A stretch of 64,000 bases of DNA from the NCBI GenBank assembly GCA_021818905.1, contig JAKASS010000004.1, positions 25 to 64,024 on the forward strand, in the 5' to 3' direction. Below, one piece after another: positions 20,457 to 30,576 of the stretch (position 1 is the stretch's first letter; the number at the start of each line of letters is the position of its first letter). The position numbers were made by a program, and so were the translations under genes. Under the pieces are notes generated by a model, which made no database searches, had not been told where the DNA came from, and saw only the letters and a program-made list of their open reading frames with translations. The stretch comes from Nanobdellota archaeon (GTDB lineage Archaea; Nanobdellota; Nanobdellia; Parvarchaeales; Parvarchaeaceae).

Positions 20457-22259
20457 ATGGTCGATTTTGGCTGGATGACCGGCGGTAAACAGGGGGGCGG
20501 TATAGATTCTGCGCTGGGGCTGTTCTCAAGGATGCTGATGAAATATGGCTATTATACATACGGGTACCGTGAATACTTCTCGAACATAAAGGGGATGCAC
20601 AGTTTTTTTACCGTTAGAGTTTCCGATAAGAACGTGCGATCGCTTGGTTCCCTCGTTGATCTAGCAATCTTCTTTGACAATGAATCCGTTTTTGGCGAGA
20701 AAAATCCTTCAGGAGAAATAGTCCATGACGGACACATACGCGATATAAAACCAAATGGGATGATGATAGTCGATTCAAAGACTGACGTTTCAAAGATACC
20801 ACGAAAAGACATAAAAGTATTTCAGATGGATTTTGATTCGATAATAAACGATAGCGCAAAAGAAGTGGATGCAAAAGCTAGTGAATTAATGATATCTAAG
20901 AACGTGATATGCGTCGCAGCTTCTGCGCACCTTTGCGGGTTGCCTACCCAACAGATTGAAGAAACTTTAAGAGAGCTCTTTAGCAAGAAGTCCGAGGACG
21001 TAGTAAAGATGAACGTCACGGTCGCGGATAAAGCGATAAAATACGTAGACGATAAAAAAATACCGAAGCCGATAACATTACAGTTGTTACCAAAAAAAGA
21101 TTTGCTGTACATGGAAGGATTTGCAGCAAGCGCATTAGGAAAGGCGATAGCTGGTTGCAAGATGCAAGTTTATTATCCCATAACGCCGGCGAGCGACGAG
21201 AGCAATTTCATAGAAGTGCATCCAGAACTTGGGATACGTGTCATACAGCCTGAAAGCGAGTTAGCCGTAGTAGCTATGACAACTGGCGCGGCTTTGACTG
21301 GTGTTAGATCTTCTCTTTCTACTTCTGGACCTGGTTTATCTTTAATGGCAGAAACTACAACGTGGGCAGGGATAACCGAAACGCCTTTGGTCTTGGTAGA
21401 CCACCAGCGTGGCGCCCCAGCAACCGGACAGCCGACAAGAACGGAACAAGCCGATTTACTTTTTGCTACACATATCGGGCACGGAGATTATGGAAAGATA
21501 GTAGTTGCGCCCGGAAGCATCGAAGAATCTATAAGTGTTACCGCACTAGCTTTTAACTACGCTGAAAAATATCAGCTGCCGGTGATCGTCTTAGGGGAGA
21601 AAAATCTCTCTCAGGCTTCGGTCGGCATGGACAAGGCCGTTGTAAACAAAATAAGAGAGGATTACAGATTAGATAGAGGAAAACTTGTAAAAGAAGGCGG
21701 TGTGGGATATAAAAGGTATGCGTTCACGCCGGACAACGTCTCGCCTCGCGCAGTACTTGGCGATCCCACTACGATAATGTGGGCCACTGGAGACGAGCAC
21801 GACGAAAGGGGTCACATCTCAGAAGAGACTACAAACAGGAACAAGATGATGGAAAAAAGGACACAGAAAGATGGTCTTATTCTTTCACAGATCCCAAAAG
21901 AGGAAAAATTCAATCTATTCGGAGACCCGGCAAAAGCTGACTTATTGGTGGTCGGTTGGGGCGGGCCATCGATGGCTGTCATAGAAGCGCTCGGAAACGG
22001 AATGGCATTTTTACAGCTAAAATTGATAGAACCTTTACCAAACGAAGTCAAAGAACTACTTTCAAAGGCAAAGAGAGTCGTATGCATAGAGCAGAACATT
22101 GGCGGACAGCTAAGAGAACATATAGCCTCTAAGACTGGGATAGTCATACAAAATCAGATCCTGAAATACAACGGCAGGCCGATGAGATACGATGAAGTCA
22201 GAGACGGCCTCGCTAGAATAATGAAAGGCGAGAAGAGGGTGGTTTTAAATGCTTACTAA
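20457..22259 (+). CDS. korA: 2-oxoacid:ferredoxin oxidoreductase alpha subunit (gamma-alpha fusion)
   Basis: YYPITPAS, STSGPG and TETP motifs. Confidence 0.92.
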   Translation: MVDFGWMTGGKQGGGIDSALGLFSRMLMKYGYYTYGYREYFSNIKGMHSFFTVRVSDKNVRSLGSLVDLAIFFDNESVFGEKNPSGEIVHDGHIRDIKPNGMMIVDSKTDVSKIPRKDIKVFQMDFDSIINDSAKEVDAKASELMISKNVICVAASAHLCGLPTQQIEETLRELFSKKSEDVVKMNVTVADKAIKYVDDKKIPKPITLQLLPKKDLLYMEGFAASALGKAIAGCKMQVYYPITPASDESNFIEVHPELGIRVIQPESELAVVAMTTGAALTGVRSSLSTSGPGLSLMAETTTWAGITETPLVLVDHQRGAPATGQPTRTEQADLLFATHIGHGDYGKIVVAPGSIEESISVTALAFNYAEKYQLPVIVLGEKNLSQASVGMDKAVVNKIREDYRLDRGKLVKEGGVGYKRYAFTPDNVSPRAVLGDPTTIMWATGDEHDERGHISEETTNRNKMMEKRTQKDGLILSQIPKEEKFNLFGDPAKADLLVVGWGGPSMAVIEALGNGMAFLQLKLIEPLPNEVKELLSKAKRVVCIEQNIGGQLREHIASKTGIVIQNQILKYNGRPMRYDEVRDGLARIMKGEKRVVLNAY

Positions 22260-23217
22260 CATGAATGAGAAAAATATCGCTCCCGTCGTAACTCCACCAC
22301 TTACCTTAGCTAGTCTTACATCAGATGCAATAAATGATTGGTGTCCGGGCTGTGCTGACAGCGGCATAGTTTTAGCTTTAAAGAACGCGATAGTTGCCGC
22401 AGGTTTAGATCTAAAGAAAACTGTAAGCATCTCCGGCATAGGCTGTTCTTCTAAGCTTCCTCACTTGGTAAACGTAAATGGCGTCCATACCTTACATGGA
22501 AGACCCATCCCATTCGCAGAAGGAATAAAATTAGCTAATCCGGAACTAACCGTCATAATAGACAGCGGAGATGGCGACACTTATGGAATAGGCGCGGGCC
22601 ATTTCGTAAGCGCTGGTAGACGAAATGTGAATATAAAATTATTTGTACATAACAATGGAGTCTATGCATTGACTAAAGGACAAGCAAGCCCGACTTTACC
22701 GGAAGGAAGGAAAGTAAAAGGGATCCCCGAACCGAACATAAACGGCGCTTTGAGTCCTCTGGCTATTGCTATCCTTGCCGGTTATACGTTTGTCGGAAGA
22801 ACTCAGGGTTACAATCTGAAGGAGCAGACCGACCTGATGGTAAAAGCAATAAAACACAAAGGTCTTGCGCTTCTCGATATACAGCAAGGTTGTCCTACCT
22901 ACAACCCAGAGTTTACGAATGCTGCTTGGTTTTCTCAACATCTTCACCCCCTACCAAGTGATTATAATGGGGTAGTAAGCAACCCGACAGACATGGATGA
23001 AGTAAACAAAAAGAAACTGCAAGCGATCAATACGCTTCTAAACGAGACTACAGAAAGTCTTAATACCGGGGTCTTCTTCCAGTGGGAAAACGCTGACACT
23101 TTTGAGGATAGATTAATAAAAAGAGGAATAAAGCCGCCTCTGACTCAAGTGATAAGCGACAAAGACGGCAAATCTACTATAGACTTAAGTAAAGTCTTTG
23201 AAGAGCTTTCAGTGTAA
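22249..23217 (+). CDS. korB: 2-oxoacid:ferredoxin oxidoreductase beta subunit
   Basis: WCPGC, SGIGCS, GDGD and NNGVYALTKGQ (TPP motif). Confidence 0.92.
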   Translation: MLTNMNEKNIAPVVTPPLTLASLTSDAINDWCPGCADSGIVLALKNAIVAAGLDLKKTVSISGIGCSSKLPHLVNVNGVHTLHGRPIPFAEGIKLANPELTVIIDSGDGDTYGIGAGHFVSAGRRNVNIKLFVHNNGVYALTKGQASPTLPEGRKVKGIPEPNINGALSPLAIAILAGYTFVGRTQGYNLKEQTDLMVKAIKHKGLALLDIQQGCPTYNPEFTNAAWFSQHLHPLPSDYNGVVSNPTDMDEVNKKKLQAINTLLNETTESLNTGVFFQWENADTFEDRLIKRGIKPPLTQVISDKDGKSTIDLSKVFEELSV

Positions 23218-23243
23218 AGGAAAGATAATATCGAGGAGGGATT

Positions 23244-24398
23244 ATGAACGGCAATGAAGTGAAGATAAGCATTGGATTAGAAGGGATTTACATAGCGGAG
23301 ACTAAGGTCTGTAAAATAGACGGCATTGCCGGCAAGCTCTGGTACAGGGGTTATCCGATAGAGAGCTTAGCCGCCGACTCAAGTTTTGAGGAAGTCGCTT
23401 ACCTCCTTCTTTATGGTTCACTTCCGAAGAAAACGGAACTTGACTCTTTTGCCGAACAGCTCAAAAAAGAGAGAGATATTTCTGATAATATAAAAATGAT
23501 AATAAAGAGCCTCGCACAAAAATCCCACCCTATGGACGTACTTAGAACCGCGGTATCTGCTCTATCGTCGGAAGACCCAGAACTGACTGATAATTCTCCT
23601 GAAGCCAATCTTAGAAAGGCGGTCCGGCTTACGGCAAAGATGACGACTATTGTGGCCGCGATAGGAAGGATGCGTGCTGGAAAGGATTACATTAAGCCAG
23701 ATAATAGCCTGGGGCATGCCGAAAACTTCATGTACATGCTTAGTGGTTCAAAACCAAATAAAGAGGTAGCAAAATTCATAGACCTGATGCTAGTACTGCA
23801 CGCCGAACATGGGACAAATGCGTCCACGTTTTCTACGATGGTGACCGGCTCTACGCTTGCAGATCTATACGCCGCGATCACGTCGGGAATATGCGCTTTA
23901 AAGGGCCCGCTCCATGGCGGAGCAGACGAAGCGGCGCTTAAGATGATGCGGACGATCGGGGACCCGGCTAATACGGAGAAGTACATAGAGGACGCTCTCG
24001 CTGGAAAGCAAAAGATAATGGGCTTCGGCCACAGAGTATACAAAACTTACGATCCGCGGGCAAAAATACTACGTTCATGGTTCACAGACATCGGGTCTAA
24101 ATCGTCTGGAGAAGTGAAAACCCTTACTGAAACCGCGCTTAGGGCCGAGAAGATGATGATAGAAAGACTCGGCGCTTCCCATGGGATATGGCCGAACATA
24201 GATTTTTTCTCTGGGCCACTTTACATATGGGCAGGCGTGCCGGCCGAACTTTTCACTCCGATTTTTGCCGCTGCAAGAGTGACTGGCTGGTCCGCTCACA
24301 TGCTGGAATATTGGCCTAACAATAAGATTTTTAGACCTTTGGATCACTATACTGGCCAATTAGATCTAAAGTATATAAACATAAATGACAGAAAATAA
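23244..24398 (+). CDS. gltA: Citrate synthase
   Basis: LHAEHGTNASTF, GPLHGGA, MGFGHRVYK and PNIDF motifs. Confidence 0.95.
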   Translation: MNGNEVKISIGLEGIYIAETKVCKIDGIAGKLWYRGYPIESLAADSSFEEVAYLLLYGSLPKKTELDSFAEQLKKERDISDNIKMIIKSLAQKSHPMDVLRTAVSALSSEDPELTDNSPEANLRKAVRLTAKMTTIVAAIGRMRAGKDYIKPDNSLGHAENFMYMLSGSKPNKEVAKFIDLMLVLHAEHGTNASTFSTMVTGSTLADLYAAITSGICALKGPLHGGADEAALKMMRTIGDPANTEKYIEDALAGKQKIMGFGHRVYKTYDPRAKILRSWFTDIGSKSSGEVKTLTETALRAEKMMIERLGASHGIWPNIDFFSGPLYIWAGVPAELFTPIFAAARVTGWSAHMLEYWPNNKIFRPLDHYTGQLDLKYININDRK

Positions 24399-24475
24399 AA
24401 ACGGACCATTTACGTTTTGCTACACGAGGCCAATCGCGTTTTAAGGCATAAATATCCAAAGATCAATATGATAAT

Positions 24476-24571
24476 ATGAAAAAAACGTCTAAGAAAAGAG
24501 CTGTCAACTGCACTTGCAAATGTTGCAAACATCCCGACACCAAGTGTGACTGCAGCTGCGGTTGTTGCTGA
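24476..24571 (+). CDS. Metallothionein-like Cys-rich miniprotein (31 aa)
   Basis: Manual translation MKKTSKKRAVNCTCKCCKHPDTKCDCSCGCC*; TATA-like CATAAATA at 24447-24454. Confidence 0.75.
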   Translation: MKKTSKKRAVNCTCKCCKHPDTKCDCSCGCC

Positions 24572-24649
24572 TCGACGCTGAAATATTTTTAGCTGCCGGT
24601 TTCTATCGATAAGCATTAGTTATAAATCCGCTAGAAAACTATTGATTCT

Positions 24650-26377
24650 ATGAGGTTCGAAGAACTTAGCCGATACCTATTAAGATTGGAGTCTACAAGC
24701 AAAAGACTTGAGATGTTTGACATACTTTCTGATGCCTTTTCAAAGGCCGATAAAAAGGACATAGCCAAGACCGTATACCTTATGCAGGAGGAGCTTATGC
24801 CGCCTTTCTTTAATGTCCAATTAGGCATCGCGGACAGAATGGTGGAAAAAGCCATAGCAGACGCTTATGGCGTTGATCTAGAAACCGTAAAATCGTCAAA
24901 TAAAAAGTTGGGCGACCTCGGTGAGGTAGCCGAAAAATACGGCAAAGGCGCGGAAAAATCGAGGCTAACGGTTTCCGAGGTCTACGACAGAATATTCAAA
25001 CTATCGCAGATGTCCGGCGAAGGCAGCGTTGAGACAAAGATAAATTCCCTTTCAGACCTGTTGAAAGAATGCTCCCAACTCGAAGCAAAATATATAATAA
25101 GGTTCGTGATGGGCAAGCTAAGACTTGGCGTAGGGGAAGCCACCATAATGGAAGCGCTATCAAAAGCAAAGACAAACGATAGAAGATTCAAGGCGGAACT
25201 GGAACGGGCGTTCAACCTTTGTTCTGACCTTGGGTATGTAGCCGAGGTATTTTATGATAAGGGTGAAGGGGGCATTAAAAAATTCCAGATAGAAGTCATG
25301 AGACCGATAAGACCCGCGTTGGCGGAGCGGCTTGGAAGCGCCGAGGAGATAATAGACAAACTGGGCAGATGCGCCATAGACCAAAAATTTGACGGCTTTA
25401 GGTCGCAGGTGCACAAAAACGGCGACGAGGTCAAGGTATTTTCCAGAAACCTTGAGGACATAACCCATTTTATGCCGGAGATAGTCTCTGCGGTCAGAAA
25501 ATTAAAACACGAGAAACTGATATTCGACAGCGAAGCACTTACTTACGATGAGGATACAAACACATTATATCCGTTTCAGATAACTATACAGCGAAAAAGA
25601 AAACACGGTATAGCAGAGATATCGGAGAGTTACCCACTTCGGCTATTCGTATTCGACCTAATGCTCATCGATGATGAAAGCCTTATGAACAAGCCATACA
25701 AAGAACGGCGAGCAAGAATAGACGAGATATTCAAAGATGGAGAAACCATCTCTAAGTCAAAAATAATAATAACGGACGACCCAAAGGAACTTACAAAGTT
25801 CTTTGAAGAAACGATAGGCTCTGGGCTAGAGGGGGTAGTCGCTAAGAAGCTTGATGGAATTTATTCCGCTGGCGCAAGAAACTTCAATTGGATAAAAATA
25901 AAAAGATCATACAAATCCCAACTTAATGACACGATCGATATCGTGATATTGGGTTATTTCAAAGGGCGGGGAATGAGGGCGGACTTCGGGATAGGCGCGG
26001 TTCTCGGCGGAGTATATAACAAAGCCAAAGACACTTTCGAGACTATAACAAAGGTCGGCTCTGGCTTCTCTGAGGAACAATTTAAGATTCTCAGAAAAAT
26101 GCTTGACCAGATAAAAGTCCCACATAAACCGGCAAGGGTAGATTCTATAATGATCCCAGATGTATGGGTAGACCCAAAATATGTAATAACAGTAAAGGCG
26201 GATGAAATAACTAGAAGTCCTACGCATACGTGTGATATGAAAAATGGAGTTGGCTATGCGCTTAGGTTCCCTAGAGCTGTCATGTTCATAAGGGGGGACA
26301 AAAGTGCCGCAGATGCAAATACGTCTAAAGAGATAGTAGAAATGTTTAATAACCAGAAGAAGGTTGAATTAAGATAA
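24650..26377 (+). CDS. lig: ATP-dependent DNA ligase
   Basis: KFDGFR (motif I), EGVVAK, WIKIK and LRFPR motifs. Confidence 0.96.
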   Translation: MRFEELSRYLLRLESTSKRLEMFDILSDAFSKADKKDIAKTVYLMQEELMPPFFNVQLGIADRMVEKAIADAYGVDLETVKSSNKKLGDLGEVAEKYGKGAEKSRLTVSEVYDRIFKLSQMSGEGSVETKINSLSDLLKECSQLEAKYIIRFVMGKLRLGVGEATIMEALSKAKTNDRRFKAELERAFNLCSDLGYVAEVFYDKGEGGIKKFQIEVMRPIRPALAERLGSAEEIIDKLGRCAIDQKFDGFRSQVHKNGDEVKVFSRNLEDITHFMPEIVSAVRKLKHEKLIFDSEALTYDEDTNTLYPFQITIQRKRKHGIAEISESYPLRLFVFDLMLIDDESLMNKPYKERRARIDEIFKDGETISKSKIIITDDPKELTKFFEETIGSGLEGVVAKKLDGIYSAGARNFNWIKIKRSYKSQLNDTIDIVILGYFKGRGMRADFGIGAVLGGVYNKAKDTFETITKVGSGFSEEQFKILRKMLDQIKVPHKPARVDSIMIPDVWVDPKYVITVKADEITRSPTHTCDMKNGVGYALRFPRAVMFIRGDKSAADANTSKEIVEMFNNQKKVELR

Positions 26378-26378
26378 T

Positions 26379-27230
26379 ATGTTACTTTACGAAGGAAAAG
26401 ATTCTTTTTTAGAAGAGATTGTAGACTTCAAAAAAGCTAAATATGTCCTGCTCCCTGTTCCGATGGACATAACAACAACATACCTTAAGGGCACAAAGTT
26501 CGGTCCTAGGTCTATTATAGAAGCCTCCAGGTCGCTCGAAAATTATGACAGCGAACTTGATTTTGAAGTCAAGGACGTTATTTTTACTTCCGGTGAATTG
26601 GAGATACCGCCGGATGCTACCAAGGCCATCGATGTAATAAAAAGCACCGTATCCGATGTGCTTCTCGAAAAGAAATTCCCAGTACTAGTCGGTGGAGAGC
26701 ACACTATAACATATGGCGCATCGCTAGCTTTTGGCGAGGATGTTGTTTTTGTGATATTTGATGCGCATGCCGATTTCAAAAAAGACGTGCTTGGTTCTCC
26801 TATCAACCATGCAAGCAACTCAAGACTAATAAACAAAAGAAATAAGGTCATACTTGTAGGTACAAGAAGCCTAAGCCAAGAAGATAAAAAAGACTTAGAG
26901 AAGAGCAAGATACCGATTTTCCGGGCGCAGGACTACGGCGGATTAAAAACTAATTTGAGCGAGCTCAAAAATTTGATAAAAGACAAAAGGGTATACATAA
27001 GCATAGATATGGATGTATTTGATCCTTCTCTTGTTCCTGGTGTCGGCACACCGCAACCAGGCGGAATTCTTTATGAAACGATGTTGGATTATCTTAAGGT
27101 CATCATCGGGTCTGGGGACCTGGTAGGTTTTGACGTAAACGAGGTAAGACCACTCGGTGAAAACAACGTAACCGAGATACTTGCAGCGAAACTGATCGTT
27201 GATTTAATAGCGCTAAGAGAAACGAATTAA
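26379..27230 (+). CDS. speB: Agmatinase
   Basis: GGEHTIT, FDAHAD and SIDMDVFDP motifs. Confidence 0.9.
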   Translation: MLLYEGKDSFLEEIVDFKKAKYVLLPVPMDITTTYLKGTKFGPRSIIEASRSLENYDSELDFEVKDVIFTSGELEIPPDATKAIDVIKSTVSDVLLEKKFPVLVGGEHTITYGASLAFGEDVVFVIFDAHADFKKDVLGSPINHASNSRLINKRNKVILVGTRSLSQEDKKDLEKSKIPIFRAQDYGGLKTNLSELKNLIKDKRVYISIDMDVFDPSLVPGVGTPQPGGILYETMLDYLKVIIGSGDLVGFDVNEVRPLGENNVTEILAAKLIVDLIALRETN

Positions 27231-27238
27231 ATTTCGAT

Positions 27239-27904
27239 CTATTCTATGTGCTTGTTTTCTGATTTGACTTCCCTATAATCTTTCATTATCTCTTTATATC
27301 CTACTAGATCGCCTTTAGAATCTCTAACGTCTTCAAGTTCAGTGCGGTATGGCGTGTCGTAGCAATCACCGGATTTCCTTATTTGTATGGCTTCGTAAGC
27401 TGTGTTTACCCTTCTCTTGTATTCGTCTTTTATGTCAAACAAAGACCCGACCATCCCATTCAAAACATAAGTTAATTTTTCATCTCTTTTCCCTCTGTTT
27501 ATTTCAAGCGCTGCTCTTTCTAGTGCGCCTACTGTTTGAGCATATAGCCAGTACCTAAACTCCTCCTTCCATGCGCCTTTTTGCACCATCTTTCTTGGTA
27601 CTAGTTGTATAAGCCGTGTTATAGAATAATTCATTTCGCCAAGCCAGGGCGGCCTGTGATCATGCCCTTTTGCAACCTCGAACATCTCATCGGCAAGCGC
27701 TTTCGCCTTTGTGTCTAACTTAGGTTTCTTATTATTTAACTCTAAATCATATAAGGTGTCAAATATCTCGAGTATGCTTTTTTCGTAGAATGTGGCTATC
27801 TCACCTGTCCCCTTTATCTTTACAAGAGCATCAGAAATTTCTTCTGCCAGGTCGTTTACCCTTCTGTCAAGAGCTGGCCTGTCTTTTTCTGGTATATACG
27901 GCAT
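27239..27904 (-). CDS. DUF6899-like helical protein
   Basis: MPYI start, GEMNYSITRL and KDEYKRRVNTAYEAIQIRKSGD motifs. Confidence 0.6.
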   Translation of the reverse strand: MPYIPEKDRPALDRRVNDLAEEISDALVKIKGTGEIATFYEKSILEIFDTLYDLELNNKKPKLDTKAKALADEMFEVAKGHDHRPPWLGEMNYSITRLIQLVPRKMVQKGAWKEEFRYWLYAQTVGALERAALEINRGKRDEKLTYVLNGMVGSLFDIKDEYKRRVNTAYEAIQIRKSGDCYDTPYRTELEDVRDSKGDLVGYKEIMKDYREVKSENKHIE

Positions 27905-27988
27905 ATTATTATTTGATTATACGTTTGAAGTTATTAAAGTTTTGCGGCTCCGACCTTATTTATAAATTTGTGCTAGCTTAGTAAGAAA

Positions 27989-28444
27989 TTACTTGGACTC
28001 TTTAATATAAGCAAAAAACGTATCTATCGCGGTCTTTGCTTCATCTAAAGTAGGGTACTCTGCAATTTCAAGGCCATCAAAGCCGGCTATCATAGCGGAT
28101 AATTTTTTATCGCTTTGAAGCCTATACAAACACGGGGTTCTTTTTCTTTTGTTTTTGCGGCAGCGATAAATTCTTCTCTACTATCCTGCCTAATTCGTAT
28201 CCCCCCAGACTTGCCTTTGTGACCTCCACGATAACGATATTAGATTCGTATGGCCATTTTATGTCCCTTTCGTGAATCTGCGGATCTGTGAGTCCCCCTT
28301 CATTGCCGGCTGCGGATACGTTTATGTCGCCTACATTTTCGGTTAGTGCCTCCCATATTTACTCGGATAATCTATGATCCTGTGATAAATCTCAACGTCT
28401 TCCCTGCCGCCCCTAATAGAACCAGAAAAATATATTTTGTCCAT
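27989..28444 (-). pseudogene. Frameshifted 2'-deoxynucleoside 5'-phosphate N-hydrolase (DNPH1/RCL, nucleoside deoxyribosyltransferase family)
   Basis: Segments in different frames: MDKIYFSGSIRGGRED / QIHERDIKW / EVTKASLG / GYELG / KKLSAMIAG. Confidence 0.8.
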
Positions 28445-28458
28445 TAAATTCTACCCAC

Positions 28459-30576
28459 TTAAGTAAGATGCGTTGCGCCGAGCACAAGCCCGCCGACCGA
28501 TGAGAATACGAGTGTAACTATAAATGCGAGCACCATGTAAAGCGCCATTGATATCAGAAGGATAGACGCGATGTTTTCCCTAAGCACTATCTTGTCTCCT
28601 GGCTGTGATATATTTGATATCGCGTAAGCGATTATGATACTAAGAGTTATAAGATAAACCCCTATTATCAACTGGAAAGTGTAAAGTGGTATCTGGCCAC
28701 CGCTTAGGTTGAAGAGACTAAAAGCGAAGGGGACTACCGATGCTACCCCGCCTACGCTGCTGTTTGCTCCACCACTTACGCTCGTCTGAACGGTACTTAT
28801 CGTTCCAGCGAGCGACCTCAATACGGTTCCGATGAGCGTCGTTAGACCGACGACTATCCCAGCCATGACTGGACTAAGCAGCCCGACTTCTACTCTCATA
28901 CCCGAAGTAACCTCCTCAAGAAGAGATTTTACCTGACCGTCTATCCTGCGTAGATTAGATAGGTGTTTAGATATGTAAAGTGTAGCTGCCGACGCATTCG
29001 CCACGCTTTTCTTTGCAGATTCTATAAATACTCTTATCCCCGCTATGACCATAGGAGACGGGAAATACCTTGTTGAACCGTTGACAGCATTGAAGAAGGC
29101 TTCCTTAAGTGACATTCCCAAATTTCTTATGTTATTGACAGTAACGGCAAAGAAATCTGACATCGGGGTGTTCTTCATCGTCTCGCTTACTTTTATTATA
29201 GTTGTTTCTGGCGGGAATCCCTGCGAAAGGAATGAACCCATCTGGAACATGGCACTGCCAAAAGAATTCTGTACTCTCATCAACTCGTCTTCAGTTTCCC
29301 TTAGCTGTATAACCGACAATTTAAAGTAAACGGCGATAGAGAAACCTATCCCGGCGGTTATGAGCAGTGAAACGTATATCTGCGTAGGCCCGAAAACCAA
29401 AAGATAAGGTGAAAGAAGCACGACTATAGCCATAAAAAATATCAAGACGGCCGCGGCTGGGATCAGTGCGCTCATCGTTATTTTCTTGTTTCCTATTTTA
29501 AGGAAAAAGTTCCCCATTTTAGGCAGGCCTGGGACTAAGCTCAGGTCCGGCGGAGCAAATCCAGCCGGTCTGGCTAACAGCCTTTCTCTTATAAGGAAGT
29601 AAACTATCAAAGGTAAACCAACGTCGTACATAAGCGCCAGCAATACGCCAAAGTCTGGTATCGAAACAAAGGCCATCAGCATCGGTGCTAGAACAAGACC
29701 TAGTACGGGTAATACCATCCCAAGCATGTAGACCGTGTTAAGCGGCTCTTTCAGCGTAGATGCATATTCTGTCATAGATTCGAAAGTGCCGCTTAATATC
29801 CTCTGTGAGGCTTCATCCAATAATGCTAGCCTGCCTTCTTCGCTTTCCTGATATACGGAGCTTTCTACAAGGAAAAGGGCATCTGTAAATGCGGGGCTGG
29901 ACTTGGCCCATCTCAAAGAATAATCATCGAGGGCTTCTTTTGTATTAGTATATTTTCTCGCCGCTGTATCCCAGATCAATTTTTTGAGATCGAATGAAAG
30001 GTAGGTGTTCAGATTATCCGACGCAAATTGTATCGCGCCTTCTAAGTTTGGGGTCTGTCTCATGTAAATCACAAGATAAAGTATCAAGGTAACAAGGTCG
30101 CTGGAAGACTTACTCAGTCTGACCATCATCTGTTGTTTTGGATAATATTGCACCCAAAAGAAACCTATGACTCCTAAAAATATTATCATCAGACCACCAA
30201 GCAACTGGCCTAGGACCATTAATGCTACTCCGAGCAGAAAACCGACTAGTATGAGAAATATCCCAAAGCCGTAAAGCTGCTTTGCATCGAAATCGAAACC
30301 TAGGAGATAAAGAAGGGTATTAGTCTTTTTCTCTGCGTCCTTATTTATGCTGAACTGGAACAGCTTGCCTACGGTGGAAGAGCCAAAAACTATCAGTTTC
30401 GATAGAAAAGACGGATTCTTTTCTTTGAACACTTTGTACTCTATCGATTTTAGGTCGTTCCTTATTTCTTCATCTTTACTGTATAGCTCTTTTGGCACGA
30501 GCTCGACGCTAGTGTAATATTTCTCTATAAAATCCTTTGGGAGAGGATTTACAGTCACTTTCTTCCTTTCATCCAT
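28459..30576 (-). CDS. TadC/FlaJ-like membrane platform protein
   Basis: 705 aa with multiple TM blocks; PNLEGAIQFA; overlaps the secretion ATPase gene. Confidence 0.8.
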   Translation of the reverse strand: MDERKKVTVNPLPKDFIEKYYTSVELVPKELYSKDEEIRNDLKSIEYKVFKEKNPSFLSKLIVFGSSTVGKLFQFSINKDAEKKTNTLLYLLGFDFDAKQLYGFGIFLILVGFLLGVALMVLGQLLGGLMIIFLGVIGFFWVQYYPKQQMMVRLSKSSSDLVTLILYLVIYMRQTPNLEGAIQFASDNLNTYLSFDLKKLIWDTAARKYTNTKEALDDYSLRWAKSSPAFTDALFLVESSVYQESEEGRLALLDEASQRILSGTFESMTEYASTLKEPLNTVYMLGMVLPVLGLVLAPMLMAFVSIPDFGVLLALMYDVGLPLIVYFLIRERLLARPAGFAPPDLSLVPGLPKMGNFFLKIGNKKITMSALIPAAAVLIFFMAIVVLLSPYLLVFGPTQIYVSLLITAGIGFSIAVYFKLSVIQLRETEDELMRVQNSFGSAMFQMGSFLSQGFPPETTIIKVSETMKNTPMSDFFAVTVNNIRNLGMSLKEAFFNAVNGSTRYFPSPMVIAGIRVFIESAKKSVANASAATLYISKHLSNLRRIDGQVKSLLEEVTSGMRVEVGLLSPVMAGIVVGLTTLIGTVLRSLAGTISTVQTSVSGGANSSVGGVASVVPFAFSLFNLSGGQIPLYTFQLIIGVYLITLSIIIAYAISNISQPGDKIVLRENIASILLISMALYMVLAFIVTLVFSSVGGLVLGATHLT

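Noticed and set aside
24410..24616. 68-aa minus-strand ORF in the track
   Set aside because: Antisense shadow of the Cys-rich + strand gene; no recognisable features
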